From Bugula neritina (lineage: Eukaryota > Animalia > Bryozoa): DNA of 64,000 nucleotides. The stretch covers positions 22,725,319 through 22,789,318 of the forward strand of contig OZ037768.1 in the NCBI GenBank assembly GCA_964035545.1. Direction: 5' to 3'. The position numbers and the translations under genes are program-made. The notes under the pieces are model-generated. The model ran no database searches and had not been told where the DNA came from. It was given only the letters and a program-made list of their open reading frames with translations. Positions 27,501-55,176 of this stretch are shown in pieces; positions within the stretch are counted from its first letter, which is position 1, and every line of letters begins with the position of its first letter.

Positions 27501-30449
27501 GAAATGACGTCTGCAATGGGTAAACATCTCACCTCCTGTTTGGTTGCTAGCTTACAGTTCAGACAGCGTCTGTCTTTCGAATGAAAATAGAAAAATATTT
27601 AAATTTTGAATAAAATTAAATAAAGTCTGGAAACTTATTAAAAAAATAAATATAGTGTAAATAATAAGTATGTATAATCCATATATAACTTGTGAGCAAC
27701 TGTTAATATTTATGCGAAGTTAGGATTTATCTCCACATTTAAAAGTAGTAACTTTTTTCAAAATAGTCATCACAATCCTTGTCAAATGTTTGTGTTTGTT
27801 GCAGGCATCCAGCCAATGAGACGTTAGCTTACATGACAACAGAGCAGCAGATGCATGACAATCTTATCAAAATTCTGACCAAAGTGGTAAATGCACTCAA
27901 ATCTTTTTTGACACTTCACGGCATGGCCTTATTATTTCTTTATTTTTACGACTATTAGAAAACTGAAATCTATTCAGCATGGAGTTATTTATTCTTGAAA
28001 AATATATTTTGAAATTACCACAAGACAAATTTGTCCAAAAAATAGTGAAGAAATTCTCACTTTATATTTCTGTACCGCATTCATTGGACGGTTTTGATCT
28101 CTAATATTTCTAATAAACATAATATCATGGCTGTCTTCAAACTCTACCTTACTATCTAATGCTGACTTGTAGAATCAGACAGCGCCTGCCGACAGCAAAG
28201 TGCTCATAGTTGGGATGGCTGACGGAGATTTCCTCTACCAGTTCCTTGGAAACAGAACTCACCCATTCGGCAGATGGCGGAACGACTTAACTTACGCAGA
28301 CGTGTATGAATGGTGGAACTGCATGCAGGTAAGTCTATTACCTGGGCTATAGTACTGCCTGCTGTCTACTGAATTGGGCTATATACCCTACATTGTACCA
28401 TATACTATACTGTAGTACTGTACAGCGCTGCATACTTCAAACTTATACTTAGGACTTGGCCATGCAATTTAATTTTTAATCAATCTTTCTCAACATTTTT
28501 GAGGTTTGGCATGGAGAGAAATATATAATAAGCTTATTAACTCTTATTTTAATTGGTTCTAGAAGTTTGAAAGCATGATAGATAAGTATTTAATAGTAAG
28601 AGAGGGAGGTGAATGATTAGGATGGTGGCCTTCAGGTATAGGCTATATCTTGTATTATAGAATATGAAATTGTGTTGCAGGTGTCCCTCTTGTATTATAG
28701 GGTATGACATTGTGTTGCAGGTGACCCCTCTTGTATTATAGGGTATGACATTGTGTTGCAGGTGTCCCCTCTTGTATTATAGAGTATGACATTGTGTTGC
28801 AGGTGACCCCTCTTGTATTATAAGATATGACATTGTGTTGCAGGTGTCCCTCTTGTATTATAGGGTATGACATTGTGTTGCAGGTGACCCCGTGCACGGG
28901 TTGGCTGAGTAATGACGCTACGTTGCGGGGTCTGACCACCCAGAGAGCAATGAACTTGAGTAAAGTCATGAAGAATTTGGCCAAAACCCATAAACACTTT
29001 TGGAGTAATCTTGAAGTTGCATATATAGACTGTCCAATTAACACTGGTAGGTAATTTACCTCCTATATCTAGTTAGATATTTATTACCTCTGCGGGTTTT
29101 ATACCTACCACTAGCAGGTTATCTATTCATTACTAACAGGTTATCTATTTATTACTAGCAGGTTATCTATTTATTACTATCAGGTTATCTATTTACTACT
29201 AGCAGATTGTCTATTTATTACTAGCAGATTGTCTATTTATTACTAGCAGATTGTCTATTTATCTTTTTGATATCCAATATAGTCTTTACTCAAAATATGA
29301 CATCTAAATCGTTTGCTATTTTGTATTGCACCTCTGAATTATATACAATTACATCAACTTCTTATTCTATTTCAGTTATTACCAGGTATATATTTGAACA
29401 TGGCTCTCAAACTGGATACCAGCTGATAGAGCCGGTTGATGGATTTCATCCGAACCAGGTGAGTTACACAGGTGATGTACTCAGGTGATGTACTCAGGTG
29501 ATGTACTCAGGTGATGTACACAGGTGATGTACTCAGGTGATGTACTCAGGTGATGTACTCAGGTGATGTACTCAGGTGATGTACTCAGGTGAGTTACACA
29601 GGTGAGTTACACAGGTGATGTACTCAGGTGATGTACTCAGGTGAGTTACACAGGTGATGTACTCAGGTGATGTACTCAGACGAGTATTTACAGGTAACTT
29701 GCCAACTGTATTCACCTAGCGTGGAAATTATGTATTTTATGGGATTAAATTCGGGTTTTTGTTTTGTCAGCTCAGTCAAGTGTTTTGATTGTGAAAAGTT
29801 GTGCTAAAATCGTATTCTGTTTTATACTAACACTTCACTGGGCAAATTCCTGTTTATATCAGGTTTCTTTCAATTAGTTTGGATTTTATATGCAACTGTT
29901 TTACAATGGGTGGGAAATTGTTTTGAATTGTTTCCTACACAAAGGCTTGGTTGAGTTATCTTGTCTAACTATGATATTCTAACAGAGATTTGATTTTATG
30001 ATGACTTGCGGCTTTTACAAATTTTTGTGAGAGAGAAAGTGACTGAGGGAGTGACTTAGAAAGTGACTGATAAAGTCAGTGACCAAGAGAGTGACTGGGG
30101 GAGTGAGAGATGCTGAGAGTGAGACTGAGAGAGTGAAAGAGACTGAGAGAGTAAAAGAGATTAAGATAGCTAAAGAGACTGAGAGTAAGACTGAGTGAGA
30201 GAGACTGAGAGAGAGAGACTGAGAGAGTGAAAAAGACTGAGAGTAAGACTGAGTGAGAGAGACCGAGAGAGTGAAAGATACTGGGAGAGAAACTGCTTAC
30301 AATACCATTTTCTCATTCAGTTAGGACAAGCCTTGTCAGCAGCTGAAGTCTGGCGACAAATGGAACTCAACTTTCAGAATTTTCTCGGACCTCTAAACCC
30401 TAATAACGAAGAGATTAATAAAGTGTTTGGAGATCAAGGTGGTCACTGA
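21520..30449 (+). CDS. AOAH: Acyloxyacyl hydrolase (signal peptide, saposin B domain, SGNH/GDSL lipase). Exons 21520-21631, 22299-22455, 23950-24052, 24834-24913, 25265-25325, 25698-25768, 25964-26015, 26489-26632, 26915-27098, 27408-27519, 27805-27886, 28173-28328, 28884-29046, 29376-29458, 30321-30449
   Basis: Hydrophobic N-terminus MRFLVATVLVAVIF; saposin Cys pattern (CAVC...C...C...ADDICRGIGLC); LRGSSWRGKDCND, DSNCNGIWG, VIGDSVGAHFH (catalytic Ser), ENELDWPQLS, RNRCNHRNYQN, GNDVCNG, PCTGW, EPVDGFHPNQ (Asp/His) and C-terminal FGDQGGH-stop match AOAH. Almost entirely missed by the ORF track because the exons are short. Confidence 0.95.
23800..23872 (-). pseudogene. tRNA-like sequence (Val-TAC-like) in an AOAH intron; probably a tRNA pseudogene or the head of a tRNA-derived element
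   Basis: GTCCCTGTGGTGTAGTGGTTAAGCGCGCCTGCTTACAAGCCGGAGGTCTCGGGTTCGAATCCCAGTGGAGGCA has a good A box and B box (GGTTCGAATCC), but mismatches in the acceptor, anticodon and T stems and a 6-nt anticodon loop. Confidence 0.6.
24140..24420 (-). mobile_element. Degenerate tRNA-derived SINE-like fragment
   Basis: B-box-like GGGTTCAAGTCCC on the minus strand near 24359-24372, preceded by a decayed tRNA-like segment; extent approximate. Confidence 0.35.
25338..25462. repeat. 29-bp minisatellite, about 4 copies, after the AOAH donor at 25326
   Basis: Unit TCTGTAGAATGTAGTGTAGAGAACCCT-like. Confidence 0.8.
28649..28890. repeat. 40-41-bp minisatellite, 6 copies, containing the AOAH acceptor
   Basis: Unit CTTGTATTATAGGGTATGACATTGTGTTGCAGGTGACCCCT. 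Confidence 0.92.
29110..29262. repeat. About 22-bp minisatellite in an AOAH intron
   Basis: Unit ACTAGCAGGTTATCTATTTATT. Confidence 0.85.
29456..29696. repeat. 13-bp minisatellite, about 18 copies, starting at an AOAH donor
   Basis: Units CAGGTGATGTACT and CAGGTGAGTTACA. Confidence 0.92.
30030..30290. repeat. GA-rich degenerate repeat before the last AOAH exon
   Basis: GAGACTGAGAGAGT-type units. Confidence 0.75.
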
Positions 30450-31483
30450 TGTCTTCTACTGTAGGATATTAACACGGCTTTAATTTACTATGAGATTCTT
30501 ACCGTGTATACCTAACCTATAAACACTGCTATATCTGTCAATGTGCTCAATATTTGTTCACCCTAATCAAACTTTTATTTTATTTTTACGACCTTAAGAT
30601 TTAACAACCTTTACAGTTGTACTTTCAAGGTTTATCTTTTCTACAAGCCATAGTTTTCAACTGTCAGGTATTGGAAATTTACTTATGCAAAATACAACCC
30701 ATATGCGTATTTGTAGAAAATTTTTTTAATGAAATTATTTACAACTTGCAGTTTTCATTGAGAAGTTAAATGAAACAGACACTGCTGATCGTGTAGGAGC
30801 AGATTCTAATTAAATCAATTGTTGATGTTATACTGTTCAAAGTAATGCCAACACCCAATTTTACTGTCAATTCAAAAATTATAATCAAATTTTTTTGTAA
30901 GCTTCATTTTTTTACCTTCTGAGTAAAAGGATTTTGTGTGCTTTTGCTTTGGGTGCTGCGTATGTTACGTATTTCTTCTGCTAATAAACTTATGAGTTGG
31001 TGGAAATAGTGCAAATGTTTCTTGTATGGTGATTGTAACTAATTTAAATTAGTAAAAGCAACTCTGCATACAGCTGAAATATATTTTCTTAATGAACTTC
31101 AGTAAGGTGCTATAAAAGATAATTTGATACAGGCACAGTGTTTATAGATTATACAGAAAAAATTGCTTAAATTTCAAATTTTATAACTTTTTTAATTAGT
31201 TTCATCTCTTTAAATTAAATAATGAAATGTGATGACCCTAATACTATAGGAATGGAACCAAATTTTAACATTTATTACACAGCATTGTATATTATTATTC
31301 AGCTATTATGTACAAATGTATCAATCAAAACATGATATCTAAAAAAACAAGGACTTCTGTCATTTCATTACTAAAGAATAATTCAGAACAAGACTAAAGA
31401 CATTATATACAATATGATTCTATAAACTTTCCATAAATGACTAACTATATATAATATACACATTGGCAGCCTAGTTGGTAGCA

Positions 31484-34400
31484 CTACGTAGAGCGTCTTC
31501 GTATCGTATACTTTCCCTTTTGCAACTGAGATAATAGAATCTTGACTTTTGTATTGTCAGAAGACTTTTTAATACATATCTGTAATATAATAAATATAAT
31601 ACATATCTGTAATATAATAAAATAATATAAATATAATACATATCTGTAATATAATAGAAGAATATAAATATAATATATATTTGTAAAACAACAGGATATA
31701 AATATAATGCATATTCGTAATACAATAGAATTATAAAAATATAATATAATAATATAATACATATCTATAATACACTAAAATATTAACATAATACATATTT
31801 GTAATACAAGAAAATAACATCAACGCTGATAAAACTAATATTGATCGTTAAAATATATAAACTTTATGGATGAAGACTGTACAAACTAACATAAATTTGA
31901 TTTGGTTAAATTCTGTTTAAATAGTTGTGTCTTGCCAGGCTATACCATGTTGAGAGGTATATGTTTTACAAAACTGCGAGAGTTGAAGCTTCATTTTTTT
32001 AGAAAATTCTAATATGATACTATTATATACATATATTTTATCATAATATTATCTAATAGAAATATATTTCACTAGAAAAAATATGTTACTATAAGATAAA
32101 GTGTCCCAGTCTCCTTCATACAAACAGGTTCAACACAGTTACACTTGCTGGTAGTACTAAAGGTAACATATAATATGGGGGTAATACTAACCTCTGCACT
32201 GCCAATACTGAAGATAGTAGCTCCAAACTTTCCTGTCTCTTTAGAGTCGGCATAAATAGCTTGACCTCTGAGATACCTACCGATATAAAGAGTGAGTGAG
32301 TGAATGGATGAGTGGGTAAGTGAGTGGGTGGATGGGTGGGTGTGAGTGAGTAAGTTAGTGAGTACGTGAGTACGTGAGTGAGTAAGTGAGTGAGTGAGTT
32401 AGTGAGTGAGTAAGTGAGTGAACGAGTGAGTGATTTTGAGTAAGTTAGCCTATGTAAGTGTAAACTTAGGAATAGGAAAGCTGCAAAAATAAGCTAGTCA
32501 CTAATATATGGGTTACCATACCAAATGCACAGAAATCTCTTCCATACAATAGCAAATAGCAATAGCAAAAAGCAAATTTCACATTAAAGCTGTAATTTAT
32601 TAACCATGAGTTCTAGCCTATTAAAATGTATTGCATATTCTGCTGTTACTAATAAACAGCTCGTTCTGGCAGCTGAATAACAACACACCATCTTTTCTCA
32701 AAATAGAGTTTCCCATCCTCTATTCTAGCATCACACGACACGGTATGATCATCCGCGTCGGTAACCATCGGCTGCGGCTGTTTCCTGCTGACGAATGACT
32801 TGCCGCTGACTTTGTTTATTAGCTTGAGATCTTCGTTAATGGACATGTCGTCCAACAGGATGTTGATGGTGGGGGACTGCTTCCTCCTCTTCTCCTGGGG
32901 ACCACCGTTAGAGGAAATAGTGTTACCGTCTGGGTTCAGACGTCGTCTCAGCTTCCTCGTAGAAATTGGCTTGAAGTCATTAAAATCTGCCAAAATAAAT
33001 GTTCAAGTAATAAAAGATGCCAATAAATGTTCTACCAGGAGAAAATAGAGCTGAGAACAAAGTATGACAAATCTGAGTGACAGAAGTTCCTCCATCAGTG
33101 AATGCTAAATGATTGCGTTTCATGACCAGCACTTATTTCAGCAGCAACAAGAAATATTTTATATATTACGTAACACATTCCCTGCCACCATGGCAACAGA
33201 AGTACAAACTTACCCATGGAGAGCTCAATGTGAACTTTGTCATTTTCTACTTGCTTCTTCTTATCTTCCCAATCGCATATCAGCCTCTCCTTCAGTTCCA
33301 CTTTCTTTTGCTACGTGCACATTAATAAAGCGTAGAAATTTCATTTATACCATCAAGAGCAAAACTTTCTTTATTAAAAGGTGCAGTTTAGCTGAGAAGG
33401 TAACTCTAAGGATGACAACAGCATGCGTTTTGTGTAAAGAATTGACCACAGCTGCTATAAAAATATAGAAGCATTTCTTCTATGAACAGAGAGACTGGGT
33501 TCACGAATAAATTAAAAAACTAAAGCTATAATTGATCTCATTAACTCATAGTTTAACTATTCCAACCTCACATACCTCAAAGTCTTTCTTGCTCTGTCTC
33601 TTCTCCATTTCACACGTCCTCTGTGCGTTCTCTTTCTGTAGCAGAAGCAGTTTATGAGAACACATAAAATATTCAATGTTTTCTCAGCTCCACGTAACAT
33701 TATAAAAGTAACTTTAAAATACATATTTACTTAGAAAACAATTTTTAGCACTAAAAAATTTAAATCTTTAAGCTGATAATACAGTCTTAGTTTTTACAGG
33801 CTAGTTTACATCTATTTCCTAGCTAATAAGGGGAAGTTGAATAGGCTTGCTTCAGACAATTAAAACTTAGTATTGGAAAGTAACTGTGAACCAGTCATAA
33901 GCTCTATATATATTCTCTACAAGCACACTGAACACCTACGCAGCAGGTTTTCCAAACGTCATTTAGCCTCAGTCTCTCCTTGTGCTGCTGTTCCAGGCGC
34001 TTGAGACGGCGCAGATACTCGGGCAGAGTGCCCTCCTCCAACTGCTGCAGCTGCTTCTTGATTTGAGCTAGTTTGTCTTGAAACATCCTGCGAGAGGAGA
34101 TAACACACAAAATATGAGCACTAGTACTAGTGACAGCAGCATGGATGTTGAGCAGGGACTTTTGTAAGAGTACTTAGTGTGATCACTTAGTGCGAGTACT
34201 TAGTATGAGTACTTAGTGTTAGTACTTAGTGCGATCACTGAGTGGTACTACTTAGTAGCATAACTAGCAGTATATGTTACAACTATAATAACTGACAACT
34301 GTTGACACTCTGTATTATACATATAAACAAATATGTTCTGTGCTGAAGAGGGGACAAATCCCAAAACAGCTGCTGTACGCAAATTGAGGTTAAAGGCATT

Positions 34401-36303
34401 ATGCAAGGCTCGTAACTCCTAAAGTTATGTGAGCTCTCTGGCTTGAGTTTACATTCTTTTTAAATAGGCTTTAGTAGAAACATAAATTTCTTCTATTGCA
34501 AAGGTGTGGGTCTGTTTTATGCTGACAAAGGGACAAACTCCAAAACTGCTGCTGTACACAGACTGAGGTACATGTATATATAATATATATGTATATATAT
34601 GAGAGAGGTATAATATATGTAAATGTCAACTCACTGCTCCTTGATTTCAGTGTACTCTTTATCTTGACGTTTAACAGGCATCTCAGACTCTGAGGCTTCT
34701 TCTGTCTCTGATGGAAAATCATATAATGTTAATATAGACTGAAGAGAAATCATGGTCTCCACTAAGCACAAGTTTACTCTGATGAACTAACTTTACTGCC
34801 CATGATAACACACAATTGTATCAGTATTTGTGATAGTGTTTGATTATATGCAAGACTTCAATTATCAAAATGATAACGATTTGGGACATTGTTGAATATA
34901 CCTAAAACAATCTTAAATACTGATCATGATAACTGATTTATAATAATAATTATGGAATATTTTCTGTAGCTATCGGGTGAAAAGGATTTATGATTGACAA
35001 AGGTAAAAAGACGCGGTGACAAGCATATACTTTTAAATGCAGTTAATACTATTATTGAGCGCATTGTATCTTTTCCCTAGTGTTACATCTAATTAACTAT
35101 AAAAATGGTACTGAGGTCTGTATCTTGTAGCATCAATTTGTTAGACTGAATAAAAATTCAAAACTTTAAATTATCTGCCTTAAAAAAGACATTGCTCTCA
35201 TCATTACAACTGAAAATGAATAGTGACTTGTCATCAACTAAAAACCTATTGACTATGATTATTCTGAGAGTCATATTGAATTAACAATCATTTTTTTGTA
35301 ATGACTAATATTATTATTTATGCTTTTAGATTTAAAATTAAATTTAAAACTGATCATAAAGTCTAGACTTTATTTCATCAAACCTACTAAACGTTACACA
35401 GTCTGGTTCTATTTTTGATATCTCATATAATGTATATTACCAATAAAAGATATTATAGTAATATTTTCATAAAGCCTATATATAATGACCATTTCTACTC
35501 ATAGTTTTAGTGATTACTAACTTTTAGTAAATATTTATATGTATTGTTCATATGAAAAGCAATAATAGTATATTAATTTATAGTGATAGTAATATTTTAT
35601 GATAGTGGTAATCATTCTTATAGTTACAGTCACTAGTGGTACTTGATCCTTAATTTCCTTTTTTTAATCAGATAGATAAGATATTATAGATGATATTAAT
35701 ATTATAATTAGTAAAAAAAACACAAACCAAATTGATATTTAAAATCATTCAACGTAATTACTCACCAAACAGTAAAATATCAACAGCAACAGCTACAAAC
35801 AATTTAATAATAATATCCGTATAATTATGGAGTATAGTATTAACTATCAATACTAACTCATAATCATAATCATAATGATAATTATTAGATTAAGTGATTA
35901 AAGTTAGATTAGACTAGTGCTTATACTAGTAGTATAACGATCAACTCAGTAGTCAGCGGTAGTATAAAAGTACAGTAAAGACATAGTTACGGTTAACTTT
36001 TTGTCTTTAAGCCCAAGTCTGAGAGTGAGTCTCGAAGGCGAAGTCCGCTTAACCCACTCCCAGCCCTGCCGCTAAGCCTCAGCCTGAGCTCAGATTTCAG
36101 AACAAGGTGAAGAGTCATATAAATATGATTATTTGAATCAGCTTTGTGTTAAACACGTTTTCAATTTAAATAGAGTACAACATTTTCTAAACAAATTTTG
36201 TCTTACCTTCTCCGCAGGATTCCTGGTGGCCAAATAAAGAATCTCCAAAAGTGTAACTGTCATTATCGTCAGGGGGAGACGTTGAACGCAAACGGTCGGC
36301 CAT
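31484..36303 (-). CDS. SUDS3: Sin3/HDAC corepressor component SDS3. Exons 36207-36303, 34635-34707, 33940-34087, 33576-33635, 33214-33310, 32689-32986, 32192-32276, 31484-31579
   Basis: TEEASESE...[32 protein letters not shown]; [10 protein letters not shown]; [11 protein letters not shown]; EDLKLINK; [22 protein letters not shown]; [25 protein letters not shown]-stop follow the SDS3 family. Confidence 0.92.
32290..32445. repeat. Degenerate (GAGT)n microsatellite next to a SUDS3 acceptor
   Basis: Direct inspection. Confidence 0.8.
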
Positions 36304-36520
36304 TGTCGCTGTTCAAAGTGAAACTACGCTTTGGTAGAAGTCAAAGGTTACGACCGACATTTTTATTGACAATTGATTGGTTAGAATGTGACCCCCATAT
36401 CTCGAACACCATTGGCTTAAATTGGCTTTCATTCACTACGAAAACACAACAACACTGCTAAGTCACGTGTGCAGTTGTAGTACTACCACTCATAGTATTT
36501 TTACTACAAGCACGATAAAA
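36304..36520. promoter_or_regulatory. Divergent SUDS3/TRIM71 promoter
   Basis: Three ATTGG boxes (36376, 36411, 36421), E-box CACGTG 36464-36469, local CpG enrichment; candidate non-coding TRIM71 donor AG|GTAAGC about 36612. Confidence 0.55.
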
Positions 36521-37782
36521 AGCGAATGACTGAGAGGTTATTTCAGCCAACTATTTCAGCTCAATTTCTAATTACATAATTATAAATGTAGTTTTTATTG
36601 AATAAGTTTTAGGTAAGCAATCTAAAAATTATACATTATGAATTTGAAATAATAAATATACACTGGCAGTAACTAAAATTTTGATTTAAATTAGTAACTA
36701 CTACTAAATAGTAAATACTAATAGTAATACTAATAGTGATACTAATACTAATAGTAATACTAGTGCTAATACTAATAGTAATACTATGACTATCACTATC
36801 ACTGTTACTCTTAGTCTTAGTATTACTATTCGTATTAGTATATTATAACATCAACTGCATAAGCATTAGGTTTACTAACCTAAAGCAAGTTGAAATTAAA
36901 GTATTACTATAACTATAAATTCTAGTAGTAGTTGTACCAAACGGCAAATGTAGCAATAATTATAATAATTGTAATGAGTATAATACTTCCTTTGTATGAA
37001 TGTTAATATTTTATTTTTATTGCTATGTAGTAGTATGAAATGAAATGTCATTAATTACTAAATAGTAAAAATAAATTTAATAAAAACAAGGAGCTGATTA
37101 AAGTTCAAAGCAAGGTTGTGGCAAAGGTTGCAATTGTTAAACTTATTCATATTCATACTCATAGTTCTTCTCATATTAAGTTTAACACCACTTTTATTGG
37201 CCAAGATAAAGAGTTGGAATGTTTGCTGTAAGTGTAGCATATTTGAGAATGGGAAGTTTCAAGTTACTTTTGAACTAGTAGTAGTTTAATTACCAAACTC
37301 AATTCGGTTATACTTATAGTTTTGGATGTGTTCTCATTTGGTAAATAGTTATTTTGAAATATTTTTATAATTACAGCATTTAATTATAGTAAGACTAATA
37401 ATATTAATAGTAACATCATCAGCCAGCTTACCATTTTATTACTAAATGGTTCTAAATAAATAGTTGCTGTTGAATAGTAAACGTTAGTGCTGGAAAGTGC
37501 TGTTTACAGCTAGTCTTACTTTTTGACATGCAAGTAAAACCAAGTTCTGTGGCAGTTCTGATATACAATGCTTCTTATGCATATTGACTGCAAGCACTAG
37601 ATATTTGTACATTGAATGTTTTCGTTATAACATGAGTAATGTTTCTAGTTTGCAGATAAGGACTAATCATGTAGAACTCCACATATCTGACCAGTAGGTC
37701 TATCGTGGGCTCTACGGACTATATCTATACACTAAGAATACAAATCAGTTTATTAACTCTTCTCGGTATCAACAGACTGTGA

Positions 37783-53736
<15,954 letters not shown>

Positions 53737-53891
53737 TGTCTCCTCAATTCAAGAATCAAGAATTAGTCTTTGAAGATTTATTATACACCAACACTTATGT
53801 ATTACATATGCAATGAAATTATTTCATTCTGCAGTACATAGTCTACAAATGTTTTTTATTCGTTCTGATAGCGATCCATTTGGCAATTATA

Positions 53892-53899
53892 CTCAGGGA
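53892..53899 (+). promoter_or_regulatory. lin-4/miR-125 8mer target site in the TRIM71 3' UTR
   Basis: CTCAGGGA is the complement of seed CCCUGAG plus the A1 anchor. Confidence 0.65.
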
Positions 53900-54065
53900 A
53901 CGCTACATACTCTTCATATCTGACTATATTCAACCTATTGTTGCAATCTGCTATATTCAATTATGTACATATTATTTTCTTGTCACTTCCATGTATTTGA
54001 CCAACAAACACTCTATTGTACTGTATAGGTGTAGTATGCCACTGCAAGTGGTCACTGCCATCTTT

Positions 54066-54072
54066 CTACCTC
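54066..54072 (+). promoter_or_regulatory. let-7 7mer-m8 target site in the TRIM71 3' UTR
   Basis: CTACCTC is the complement of let-7 nt 2-8, GAGGUAG. Confidence 0.6.
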
Positions 54073-54541
54073 GCGCTATGAACTTGGTTCACTTTTTTAC
54101 CAGTATTATAACTGCCGTACATTATAGATCAATAAGCGTGGCTTAGACTTTAAATTTTTTTTCATATTCTAATTCAAGTACTTCTACATTATATTTCCCC
54201 GAGTTTCTCATTTACTAGTTTTGTAGTCAACCCCTGTGAGTGTTCAACACAAAAGCCTCATGTTTTTAAACGCATGGTTTTGTAATTCTACTCCAAAGCA
54301 ATTGACTATTTTTCAAACTAGCGATTAATATGTTTTTGCTCTGATTTTAGTTCAATAACTAAACTACATTTTTACAGTCGCACCAGGTTAATGGTGTGCA
54401 TTTTTTCAAGTTATAGCAAGATTTTTTTTCATTGTATTATATTCTAAAAACTAATTCAGTTGTTGATACTTTTGTTTGTATGTTAGGTTGTTGGACTAAT
54501 TTTTGTATAACAAGAATTGGTTGTGTTTTTCATACCATACT

Positions 54542-54548
54542 TACCTCA
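54542..54548 (+). promoter_or_regulatory. let-7 7mer-A1 target site in the TRIM71 3' UTR
   Basis: TACCTCA, preceded by CATACCATACT, which offers possible 3' supplementary pairing. Confidence 0.55.
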
Positions 54549-54811
54549 TTTCTTGTCACATGTTTATTAAATACTAGCCAGTTCTATAGTTACGTGAGCC
54601 CTTATGCGTTTCATTCATGTAAAGTTTTTGAAAATTCTCACTACACGCGGGTCTTCAATTATTTTTGGTAGGTTCTTATTTTAGCATGGTTATGTTGATC
54701 CATTGTAATAACAACTGGGTGTTTTATTTTGCCTTCAATAAATATAGTGATCAATTAAAATCTTTTTAATATTTTTATAATTCCTGACCACCTCCAACAT
54801 GTTTGGGCAGT

Positions 54812-54958
54812 TGACTAACCAATAATGACGAAGATGAGTTGTGGTTAGCCAATGGTAACCAAGATGAGTTTTGGCTAACCAATAGTAACTAAGATGAGTT
54901 TTTGAATAGCCAATGGTAACTATGATGAGTGCAGGGTGACCAATGGTAACTAAGATAG
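54812..54958. repeat. 30-bp minisatellite, 5 copies, between the TRIM71 and UBL7 3' ends
   Basis: Unit TAACCAATGGTAACTAAGATGAGTTTTGGC. Confidence 0.85.
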
Positions 54959-55176
54959 GTAAAGGGTATCACTGGGCTCGCACGCACACACACACTATCT
55001 AAATAATATGTAATCTGAATATAGTTAAAGGTAGTAGATACTATTTTATTTTAAAAAAACTAATAACAATTACAGAAAGAAGAAATTGCCACAGTATTGA
55101 TAACTCAGCTTCTGATTACAATTAACTAAGTGGACATCTTAACTTTACCCGCTGATGGAGACCGGAGTAATGAGAC

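Noticed and set aside
28649-29696. Regular arrays as CRISPR-like loci
   Set aside because: Head-to-tail units with no unique spacers, no cas genes, and a spliced animal context; the same applies to 8416, 42205 and 63113.
36198-36461. 87-aa plus-strand ORF at the SUDS3/TRIM71 promoter
   Set aside because: Antisense to SUDS3 exon 1, non-ATG start, no recognisable motif.
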